A DNA stretch of 64,000 bases, from positions 6,569-70,568 of the forward strand of contig VMGB01000004.1 in assembly GCA_007376295.1 (NCBI GenBank), read 5' to 3'. The translations under genes and the position numbers were made by a program. A model generated the notes under the pieces. The model had not been told where the DNA came from and did not search any database. It saw only the letters and a program-made list of their open reading frames with translations. Below are positions 56,467 to 64,000 of this stretch, piece after piece. This stretch comes from Parcubacteria group bacterium Gr01-1014_13. GTDB taxonomy: Bacteria; Patescibacteriota; Patescibacteriia; Magasanikbacterales; GWA2-37-8. Numbering within the stretch: the first letter of the stretch is position 1; each line of letters starts with the position of its first letter.

Positions 56467-56718
56467 TTATTTAAATTTAAACTTATAAATTAAAATGATA
56501 GTTGCCAAAATAAAAGTGGCAGCGTTGGCGATAATAATCGGTATATCTTTAATCAAAATTCCATATATCAACCATAAAAATATACCCGTACAAAAAAGCA
56601 CAAACATAGCTAGAGAAATATCGTGCGTCGAACGATTTTTGACTACGCGAATTACTTGAGGCAAAAAGGCGCTGGTTGTAAGTATGGCCGCAGCCAAACC
56701 AATAGTTTGATAAGACAT
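56467..56718 (-). CDS. SemiSWEET sugar transporter
   Basis: AFLPQV, DIS, WLIYG, PIIIAN; 83 aa, 3 TM. Confidence 0.92.
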   Translation of the reverse strand: MSYQTIGLAAAILTTSAFLPQVIRVVKNRSTHDISLAMFVLFCTGIFLWLIYGILIKDIPIIIANAATFILATIILIYKFKFK

Positions 56719-56720
56719 AA

Positions 56721-58544
56721 TTATTCAACGGTTACTGATTTAGCTAAATTTCTCGGTCTATCTACATCCCTGCCCAACGCTACAGCCAAGTGATAAGAAA
56801 AAAGCTGCAAAGGAATTACGTTTAAAAGTGGTTCCAAAACTTCCATGGTCGGCGGTACATAAATTATATCTTGAGCTAATTCGCTGGCTTTGTCATCGCC
56901 CTCGGTAGCCAACAAAATTATCGGCGCATGCCTGGCTTTCACTTCCTCTATGTTGCTACGCATTTTATCATACAACTGATTTTTGGTCATGATAGCAAAC
57001 ACAGGAAACTGTGGCGAGAGCAAAGCGATTGGTCCATGCTTCATCTCTCCTCCCGGATAGGCCTCGCTATGAATATATGTTATCTCTTTTAATTTTAGCG
57101 ACCCCTCTAAAGCGACAGGAAAATTTATACCACGTCCCAAAAAGAAAAAATCTCGACAATTTTGATATTTTTCCGCCAATTCTTTAATTTTATCGCTCTG
57201 CTGTAAAATAATTTGCATTTTTTCAGGAATTTCTTGCAAAGCATTAAGCAATCTTTGGCCGGTAGCTAAAGTAAGTTTATTTATTCTACCAAACTGCAAA
57301 GCGCATAATAGCAGTGCGGCTACCATATTAGTAAAAGCTTTGCTGGAAGCAACGGCCAACTCGGGGCCAGCATGGATATATACGCCGCCATCGGTTTCGC
57401 GGGCTATAGTGGAACCAACCACATTTACTATCCCGCGCACAAAAGCGCCTTTACGTTTTGCTTCTTTAAGAGCAGCCAAAGTATCGGCAGTTTCTCCGGA
57501 CTGGGAAATACCAAATACCAAAGTTTGACTATCTATAATCGGATCGCGATAACGAAATTCACTAGCAACATCTACTTCTGTAGGAATACCAGCCAAACGC
57601 TCGAACATATATTTTCCCACGAGCGCAGCATACGAAGCGGTGCCACAAGCAATTAAAACAACGCGTTTTACGCTGTGCATCTGTTCCAAACTCATATTCA
57701 ACCCGCCCAAATGTGCAATTCCATCTGCCAAATTGTAGCGGCCGCGGATAGCGTCAGCCATTACCGTGGGCTGATCAAAAATTTCCTTTAACATAAAATG
57801 AGGAAACCCTTGCTTTTGCGCTTGCGCTTCGTCCCATTCGATTTCTTCTACATGCTTAGCAACATTTATATCCTTCAAATTCACCGTATTCATCTGCTCT
57901 CTGCTTATTTCAGTCACTTCGCCATCGTCTAGAAAAATAACTTTTTTGGTATAAGCCAACATTGGTGAAGCGTCACTGCCGATATAGAATTCATTATCGC
58001 CAATACCCACTACCAGCGGACTTCCCATGCGCGCAGCAATTAGAGTATTGGGGTGATCGCTATGCATAACTACTAATCCGTAAGTACCGCGTACTCGCGC
58101 CAGAGCTTCAAGGACAGCTTTGCGTAAATCACCTTTATAATAAATTTCAATCAAATGGGCCAATACTTCGGAATCGGTTTCTGATTTATAAGTATGGCTA
58201 GCTCCTAATTCTTCCTTTAATTCACGGTAATTTTCAATGATGCCATTGTGCGCCAAAATAATTTTACCCGTACAATCCGCATGCGGATGAGCATTGGCTT
58301 CGGTGACTCCGCCATGAGTAGCCCAACGAGTATGAGCAATGCCGTAGGTTCCAGCTAAATCTTGGCCATTTAATTTTGTCGCCAGATTGTCTATTTTGCC
58401 AACCGATTTAGCCGACAAAAATTCGCCATTATTTAAAATAGCTACACCAGCGCTGTCATAGCCGCGATATTCTAAACGACGCAACCCATTAATTAAAATT
58501 GGCAGCGCGTTTTTATTTCCAATATAGGCTACAATCCCGCACAT
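56721..58544 (-). CDS. glmS: Glutamine--fructose-6-phosphate aminotransferase
   Basis: MCGIV, HTRWATHG, SQSGETADT, PRNLAKSVTVE. Confidence 0.99.
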   Translation of the reverse strand: MCGIVAYIGNKNALPILINGLRRLEYRGYDSAGVAILNNGEFLSAKSVGKIDNLATKLNGQDLAGTYGIAHTRWATHGGVTEANAHPHADCTGKIILAHNGIIENYRELKEELGASHTYKSETDSEVLAHLIEIYYKGDLRKAVLEALARVRGTYGLVVMHSDHPNTLIAARMGSPLVVGIGDNEFYIGSDASPMLAYTKKVIFLDDGEVTEISREQMNTVNLKDINVAKHVEEIEWDEAQAQKQGFPHFMLKEIFDQPTVMADAIRGRYNLADGIAHLGGLNMSLEQMHSVKRVVLIACGTASYAALVGKYMFERLAGIPTEVDVASEFRYRDPIIDSQTLVFGISQSGETADTLAALKEAKRKGAFVRGIVNVVGSTIARETDGGVYIHAGPELAVASSKAFTNMVAALLLCALQFGRINKLTLATGQRLLNALQEIPEKMQIILQQSDKIKELAEKYQNCRDFFFLGRGINFPVALEGSLKLKEITYIHSEAYPGGEMKHGPIALLSPQFPVFAIMTKNQLYDKMRSNIEEVKARHAPIILLATEGDDKASELAQDIIYVPPTMEVLEPLLNVIPLQLFSYHLAVALGRDVDRPRNLAKSVTVE

Positions 58545-58555
58545 GCTAATTTAAA

Positions 58556-59311
58556 TTAAAGAGTAAGCTTTCTTTTATCTGCTTCGGCCAATTCTGCCGG
58601 CGTATTAACCCCAAACCATTCACTATTATTTTTCAATTTAATTACCTGAACACCCAAATTATCTTTATTGGCTACAGCCAAAGCAGTTGGTAAACCGTAT
58701 TCACCAAGCTTACGTAGCGGAAGCATTGTAGGAAACATAGTTTCAAACCAATTTCTATCAAAACAAAAAGTGCCGCTGCTAATCTCTTTTATATTTTTTT
58801 GTTCATCAGTTAAATATTCTTTTTCAATAATTTCTACCCGGCCATCCTCGTACTTTATAATTCGTCCGTAAGATGACGGATCTTCCAATTCTACGGATAA
58901 CACCGAAACCACAGCTTTACTCTGTTGATGTTTGGTCAATAAATCCAAAATTGCTTCGGTAGAATAAAAGGCGCTGTCATCACCGTTGATGACCAGTACT
59001 GTCTTTATATTAAGAGGTAATTTTTGCATACCAACATATGCGGCATGCGCAGTACCTTTTAATTCTTCCTGCGACGCATAGATCGCTTCGTCACCAAAAT
59101 ATTCCCTTATCTTTTCTTGATGAAAACCAACCACCAAACAAATATTTTCTTTTGTAAAACCGCACTTTTTTAGAGTATCGATAATATAACTAACAATTGG
59201 CCGGCCGCCAATTTCGCACATTACTTTGGGCTTATCTGTACAGTTTAGGCGCGAACCTCGGCCAGCGGCGAGGATCACCACGCCTGTACTATTTAATTTG
59301 TTGCTTGACAT
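58556..59311 (-). CDS. Stand-alone GlmU N-terminal (GlcNAc-1-P uridyltransferase) domain
   Basis: LAAGRGSRL..DKPKV, GTAHA, NGDD, YGRI, GVNTPAELA; ends before the left-handed beta-helix. Confidence 0.85.
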   Translation of the reverse strand: MSSNKLNSTGVVILAAGRGSRLNCTDKPKVMCEIGGRPIVSYIIDTLKKCGFTKENICLVVGFHQEKIREYFGDEAIYASQEELKGTAHAAYVGMQKLPLNIKTVLVINGDDSAFYSTEAILDLLTKHQQSKAVVSVLSVELEDPSSYGRIIKYEDGRVEIIEKEYLTDEQKNIKEISSGTFCFDRNWFETMFPTMLPLRKLGEYGLPTALAVANKDNLGVQVIKLKNNSEWFGVNTPAELAEADKRKLTL

Positions 59312-59786
59312 ATTGTTGTATCTCGATTAAAGATGAAAAATATGGCATTAAACTTAACTTATATTCTTCCTCCGGCCATCTTGGCGACATTTTTAAAATC
59401 GGTTTTAAACTAGGAAAATGCTGTATTATTTTTTTAGTCTCCTCTATTTTATCGTTTATAAACCAAATATCTTTTTCAGCCGTAAAATCGTTTAAAATTT
59501 TACTCACGGACAACTCTTTGTCCTCGGCAGTAATGTGGATTGAATGAAAAAATTTGGCTATACCGGTAATATCAATTTTCATTTTTTGCCAATTATCTTC
59601 ACCAAGACTTAATAAAACTATTGGCTGATTTGTTTCTTTTAAAAATTCTAAAAAAGAAATGGTTTCGGGAAATAAAAAATTTTTTATCTTCTCGCTTTCT
59701 TTATACAAATCTTCCGGTAAATTTGTTAATACTTGTTTAAAGCCATGAGTATCAAATAAAGTATCATCAAAATCTATGATAAACAT
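59289..59786 (-). CDS. HAD-superfamily hydrolase
   Basis: DFDDTL motif I, LSLG, INDK. Confidence 0.75.
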   Translation of the reverse strand: MFIIDFDDTLFDTHGFKQVLTNLPEDLYKESEKIKNFLFPETISFLEFLKETNQPIVLLSLGEDNWQKMKIDITGIAKFFHSIHITAEDKELSVSKILNDFTAEKDIWFINDKIEETKKIIQHFPSLKPILKMSPRWPEEEYKLSLMPYFSSLIEIQQYVKQQIK

Positions 59787-60595
59787 ATTTCAGAAATCGT
59801 CCCGAACCGGTCGGCGACGATAGTATTTAAAAATTCTTTCTTCTCTGAATCTGTTTTGTAATCGGATATTTCCTGCCACAAAGCCCGCCCGGCCAAAAAC
59901 CCAACCGCTCCGCTAACTACGGCTTCAGCCAATTGGTTTTCAAACACGACAAACTTTTCTCCGCGGGTAAGAAGAATCCACGGAGTTTTACCAACCAATT
60001 TTGTAATTTCTTCGCATGAAGATAAATCCCCGGGGTACTCCAATTTCCAGACATCAGGTACAACATCTTTCTGTAATAACATTTCTAGTGATCGCAGCAC
60101 CCACTGCGCTCGACTCTTCCCTAACTCTTCATTGCCATAAGTAACAATTTCTAAAAAGAAAGGCAGATCGTTTTCGTGCGCATCAGCCAATGCTTTGGCA
60201 GCAGTGGCGATTTGCTGATCACAAGTTTTTGATTCGGGATTAAAGTACAAAAGTAGTTTGGCGCCGCTAGCCCCCATCTCTTTTATACCAGCCGCCGTAT
60301 AGCCTAACTCGGTGACTCGATCGCCGGCTTTATCGGTATAGCCCGATTTTTCGAGCGGTAAAAGGTATGGTTTATTTCTATTTTTATACCCCGGCAAACC
60401 CCATTCCATGTCTAAAAGAACCCCGCTAAACTGGTCCTGCATGGACTGTATAATCATACCTTTGGTTTGGATGATTTCTTGGTCAGTCACCGCCTCTGGA
60501 TTAGTGGAATTTATATACTTCCTAAAACTACCCCTGTGATCCAGGGCTAGCATTAGATATTTACCGTTATTTTGGAAAGTTTTTAGGTTAATCAT
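59774..60595 (-). CDS. Class I aldolase, LacD/tagatose-1,6-bisphosphate-aldolase-like
   Basis: LALDHRGS, AKLLLYF, FFLEI, DVWKLE, GFLAGRALW. Confidence 0.85.
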   Translation of the reverse strand: MINLKTFQNNGKYLMLALDHRGSFRKYINSTNPEAVTDQEIIQTKGMIIQSMQDQFSGVLLDMEWGLPGYKNRNKPYLLPLEKSGYTDKAGDRVTELGYTAAGIKEMGASGAKLLLYFNPESKTCDQQIATAAKALADAHENDLPFFLEIVTYGNEELGKSRAQWVLRSLEMLLQKDVVPDVWKLEYPGDLSSCEEITKLVGKTPWILLTRGEKFVVFENQLAEAVVSGAVGFLAGRALWQEISDYKTDSEKKEFLNTIVADRFGTISEICLS

Positions 60596-60656
60596 AATGA
60601 AATTTAATCAAAAGTACCTCTAGAATAACACAGAGAAAATCGAGCGTCAATCAAAT

Positions 60657-60700
60657 AAAAAAGCCGGTCATCTCTCTCTTTGCAGAGGTTGATGACCGGC
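60657..60700 (-). terminator. Intrinsic terminator after 60741..61946
   Basis: agccggtcatc...gatgaccggct with U tract on the minus strand. Confidence 0.75.
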
Positions 60701-60740
60701 TGGGTCCAGTTCGTACTGTCTCACGACAGGATGAACGTGG

Positions 60741-61946
60741 TTACTTCTTCTTGTTCTTATCCTTCTTCTTGGCCTGGCCGTTCTTCTTGCTCGCGTGAGC
60801 GGCGACCGTCTCGGGCTTCATGGTTCCGTGATGAGCCTTGCTCTCACGGTCCCTTTCGGCCTGAGCCTGAGCATCGATGGCATGCTGCTCGTGCAGAGCG
60901 TCGACAGCGATCTTGAAGGCCTCGTCCGTCATACCCGCGGCGCGGGCATAGATTTTCGCCGTCCGCTCTTCAGCCTCCTGACCCTTCGCCGAAACCATCC
61001 TGTGGGTAGCGGCGGTGGCGAAGATCTGATTGATATCGGAGGACGTCTGGTCATACTTCTTGGCCAGACGATTGGCCATCTTCTTGGCAGTCTCGTCACC
61101 CAGCTCAGGATTCGTCTCGATGAGGCGAACCTTCAGACTGTCAACGAACTCCTCGAAGCGCTGCCGTTCGGCTTCCTTCATAGCCTTCTCTTGCTCACGG
61201 GCGGCCTTCTCTTCAGCGGTCTCCACCTTGGGAGCCTGGGTCAGCCAAAAGAATCGGCTTCCCTCGGCCTCCATTTCGGTACGCATCGCATGGAAGTCGT
61301 CGGGCGACGTCTTGGCTTTCCTGGGATCATAGCCCCAGGCCGCCACGACTGCGGAGATATTATCGAAGATCGACTTCATATCCCGCTTGCGATTTTCCAA
61401 CGCTTCGCGATACTCCGAAAAGAGATCGTCCCTGTCCAACTCACGCTGAAGGTTTTTGTGCCAGAACGCGAGCCAGCCTCGGAACGTCACTGCCCGTTCC
61501 GGACTCTTGAACATGTCGTCGGGCAACCTTCCACCCAACTCCTTGCTCAGCTCGATGACAGCCGGCGGAATCTCCGAGGGCGGGAAGATGTCCGCGGCGA
61601 CCTTGCCGTTGACAGCGACATTGTCGATCCGCTCCTGCAGTTCCTCGGGAGAAAGCGGCGTCAAGCCGATGTTCTCACGAAACAGGGTAGCAAGCTTGGC
61701 GGCCTCCTCAGCCTTCTGCTTGTCCAGCTCCGCCTTCCGGCGGGCTGCTTCGGCTTGCTCTTTTTGCCTGAGCTCCTTCTGCGCCTTCATGCAATTCTGC
61801 TCGGCCAGATCCCTGACCCACTTGTACTTCTTTTCACGCAGAACATCTTCGGCCGTCAGCAGCTCGAGCTTGGAATCCTTGATGAACTGCTCCACGAACG
61901 CCTTGAGCTCCTCATTCGAAACAGACGACATCTGGATGATCGACAT
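60741..61946 (-). CDS. Hypothetical alpha-helical/coiled-coil protein with Lys-rich tail, markedly GC-rich
   Basis: 401-aa ORF, G/C-ending codons, AAGGGG SD, promoter TTGACA-17-TATCAT upstream. Confidence 0.8.
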   Translation of the reverse strand: MSIIQMSSVSNEELKAFVEQFIKDSKLELLTAEDVLREKKYKWVRDLAEQNCMKAQKELRQKEQAEAARRKAELDKQKAEEAAKLATLFRENIGLTPLSPEELQERIDNVAVNGKVAADIFPPSEIPPAVIELSKELGGRLPDDMFKSPERAVTFRGWLAFWHKNLQRELDRDDLFSEYREALENRKRDMKSIFDNISAVVAAWGYDPRKAKTSPDDFHAMRTEMEAEGSRFFWLTQAPKVETAEEKAAREQEKAMKEAERQRFEEFVDSLKVRLIETNPELGDETAKKMANRLAKKYDQTSSDINQIFATAATHRMVSAKGQEAEERTAKIYARAAGMTDEAFKIAVDALHEQHAIDAQAQAERDRESKAHHGTMKPETVAAHASKKNGQAKKKDKNKKK

Positions 61947-62177
61947 TTTTATCCCCTTTTTTCAAAAAACGCAAACTTTTTTTAAGCCCCTTTATTCACA
62001 ATGCAAAATGCACTGTAAATGGAGCTGATGCAATTTTCGCTTAAAGCAAAATTACAACTAAGGATGATATCACAAAAATCGGGTTTTGTCAAGATGTGTA
62101 TTTTGGCTAATTTTATACAAAAAAAGAACCCTAACGCTTGTATTTCTACAGTGGGTTCTATGCGTGGATTTCTCCAA

Positions 62178-63170
62178 TTATGCGTATATGTGCCTTTCCT
62201 TCAGCCTAAATAGCTGGGACAAGATCACACTGGCGTAAGCTGAAGGTGGAAGATCAAAAGTAAAATTCCAACTTCCTGTCTTTTTGTTGGCCTTGAAATC
62301 TTTTGGCCGAACCATTGTCGGTCGATCCTTCTTGATAAGGAACTTGAAAACATCTGTTTCCAACTGAGAAGGATTCCAGAGATGTCTGTACATCTCCAAA
62401 ACCTTTTGATTTCTTGGGTTCCACATGGGCAACAGGTCGGGAACAGCGGGCCCAAGCTTATCTATCTGTTCTAGCAAAAGCTTGTTCCACAAATAGCTTT
62501 GCCATTTCTGAATCTCGAACCTGTACGAAAACCGGAAACTGGGGTGAGACAAAGCTCCTTTCCAGGATCCTCCGGCTTCTTGCATGGCTTGAGTCAATCC
62601 TTTAGCTCCCATCGTGGTAAGCATCAATTCGATAGCTTCCTCGGGTTTGCCTTCCAGGAAAAGGCGGCCGACATTTTCTGATCCTTCTTGGCGTCCTAGA
62701 CGCTGAGGTCCAAAAATGTTCGGGGCAGACTTTGCGGCAGCCAGATTAATCTGGTCTGCGTCGGAAATAACGGAAATATCAAACCGATTCCCGTAATGAT
62801 CTCCAGGCCGCAAAGGAACTTCTTGACCATACAATTGCACCAGACTGATGTCTGGATGAGAAAATGCATCTCGAAAATTTCCTCGCACACCAAGGTGTTG
62901 CGATGTTTTAGCTTGCTTATCCTTTAGACCCTGTACGGAAATGTCATCGAATCCGACATGGAGTTGCCGCGCCACTTCTTTCATGGCATCTTCGGTACTC
63001 CAACGGCGCTTCGACAGAACGAAGATGGTATAGGGATCACCCTCCCATCCTCGAATAAGTGATTCATCGCAGAACGAAACCGCACGAGGCGGATCCGATC
63101 CTACAATCTCTTGAACAACAAAAGATTCCGGGGTTGTTTTGTAGATCCCCTCAGGCAAATCATTGTTCAT
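62178..63170 (-). CDS. truD: tRNA pseudouridine(13) synthase TruD family
   Basis: FVVQE, GLKDK.A.T.Q, GNRF.I, PNIFGPQR, QSYLWN, FDLPPSAYA. Confidence 0.88.
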   Translation of the reverse strand: MNNDLPEGIYKTTPESFVVQEIVGSDPPRAVSFCDESLIRGWEGDPYTIFVLSKRRWSTEDAMKEVARQLHVGFDDISVQGLKDKQAKTSQHLGVRGNFRDAFSHPDISLVQLYGQEVPLRPGDHYGNRFDISVISDADQINLAAAKSAPNIFGPQRLGRQEGSENVGRLFLEGKPEEAIELMLTTMGAKGLTQAMQEAGGSWKGALSHPSFRFSYRFEIQKWQSYLWNKLLLEQIDKLGPAVPDLLPMWNPRNQKVLEMYRHLWNPSQLETDVFKFLIKKDRPTMVRPKDFKANKKTGSWNFTFDLPPSAYASVILSQLFRLKERHIYA

Positions 63171-63324
63171 GTTTCCTCCTAGTTTGAATTTGTCTACTAA
63201 ATTGTCAAAGGATGGTATATCCTAACATAAAAGTTAAACCCTGTCAACCCTACTTCTGGGATGAAAAAAAGAAAGACGTATGCTGTCTAGCAACACACGT
63301 CCTTAAGGTACGACTGAAATATAA

Positions 63325-63753
63325 CTACTTATTAGTATGACGCAGCTCTGGCGGCACGTCGAGCCACTTCGGCTCGTCATACCAGCGCTCACTGGGCATC
63401 TTTGGCTTGAGTTCCGAACTTGCCTTGATACGCTTCAGGAAATCCGGAATGCTAGTATCCTCCTCCTCAAGATCGAAGACATAACCGAGCCCCATCTGCT
63501 TGAGAATAGGCGACAATTGATCGTCTGGGTGGAATGGTTTTGGATTCGTTTTCTCCCAGTGCTCTATATCAAAGTAGATATAGAGATGCCCACACTTGCA
63601 CGCCCATTTGTCGTAGTGAGAACTACCCGGCAAAGGCTCGCCGTGGTTATCCCGAACAGCGATTGCGTTCGGCGCGACCTCCGCCATCTGGACGCATCGA
63701 TCGTCAAACCGCATGAGAAGCTGAAACAGACGACTCTGAAAGCTTGTCTTCAT
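63325..63753 (-). CDS. Hypothetical protein (142 aa)
   Basis: AAAGGA SD, GC-rich codons, terminator hairpin downstream. Confidence 0.65.
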   Translation of the reverse strand: MKTSFQSRLFQLLMRFDDRCVQMAEVAPNAIAVRDNHGEPLPGSSHYDKWACKCGHLYIYFDIEHWEKTNPKPFHPDDQLSPILKQMGLGYVFDLEEEDTSIPDFLKRIKASSELKPKMPSERWYDEPKWLDVPPELRHTNK

Positions 63754-63939
63754 GACCGTTCCTTTCTGATGGCCACCCTTTCGGATGCCATCTTTTTAGT
63801 TTTACAATTTCTGCCACCATAATTACTATGCAAATATATAATAATCAAGGCAGCAGAAACTGCTATAAAAAGAACAACAAAACAGTATACCACAAAACAT
63901 GGCTGTTGTCAATATTTTGGGTACAAAAAAAGACCATTG

Positions 63940-64000
63940 TCCTGGCGACGGCCTACTTTTGCCTTGCGGCTATCATCGGCGCTGAGAGGCTTGACTGCTG
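63940..64000 (-). rRNA. rrf: 5S rRNA, 3' portion (continues beyond the right edge)
   Basis: Reverse complement ...GCAGTCAAGCCTCTCAGCGCCGATGATAG...AAAGTAGGCCGTCGCCAGG matches the 5S helix III/loop E/helix I pattern. Confidence 0.9.

Noticed and set aside
60795-61985. 396-aa ORF on the plus strand
   Set aside because: Antisense shadow of the GC-rich minus-strand gene; no SD or promoter and implausible composition
1-64000. Alternative genetic code (TGA=Gly, as in Gracilibacteria/Absconditabacteria)
   Set aside because: Conserved genes translate full-length with code 11, and TGA ends several ORFs including ATGA-coupled pairs

Overview
AT-rich, gene-dense bacterial chromosome segment (standard code, TGA is used as stop), mostly on the minus strand. 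The gene content points to Patescibacteria/CPR (inference): tandem gpmI paralogues, a GAD-less AspRS, three-part citrate cleavage, a degenerate DHH protein and core genes without Shine-Dalgarno sites. The core includes smc (partial), nrnA, clpP, sod, mutM, murF, a PBP, gpsA, ndk, valS-tyrS-argS, glycolysis genes (gap, pgk, eno, 2x gpmI), aspS, scpAB, tsf-rpsB, an amino-sugar/citrate-lyase operon, truD, tRNA-Leu(GAG) and the 3' part of a 5S rRNA. Best candidate for an undescribed system: at 16.5-21.6 kb, a LuxI/FeeM-like acyltransferase, an Rv1355c/OxzB-like ThiF enzyme and an Acg-type nitroreductase, i.e. an oxazolone/N-acyl-amino-acid biosynthesis set, sit next to an orphan multi-TM histidine kinase, suggesting a signal-synthase plus receptor module. 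Other leads: a ~270-nt structured orphan ncRNA with its own promoter and terminator, a dedicated transcription unit for a 15-aa Lys-rich peptide, an operon of three tiny membrane peptides, GC-richer promoter-leader-ORF-terminator cassettes sharing hairpins, a UDP-GlcNAc route with truncated GlmU plus a GNA1-like GNAT linked to citrate lyase, repeat-expanded surface protein paralogues with positioned DnaA boxes, and a 5S rRNA with a shortened helix IV. All calls come from reading motifs by eye; no searches were run.
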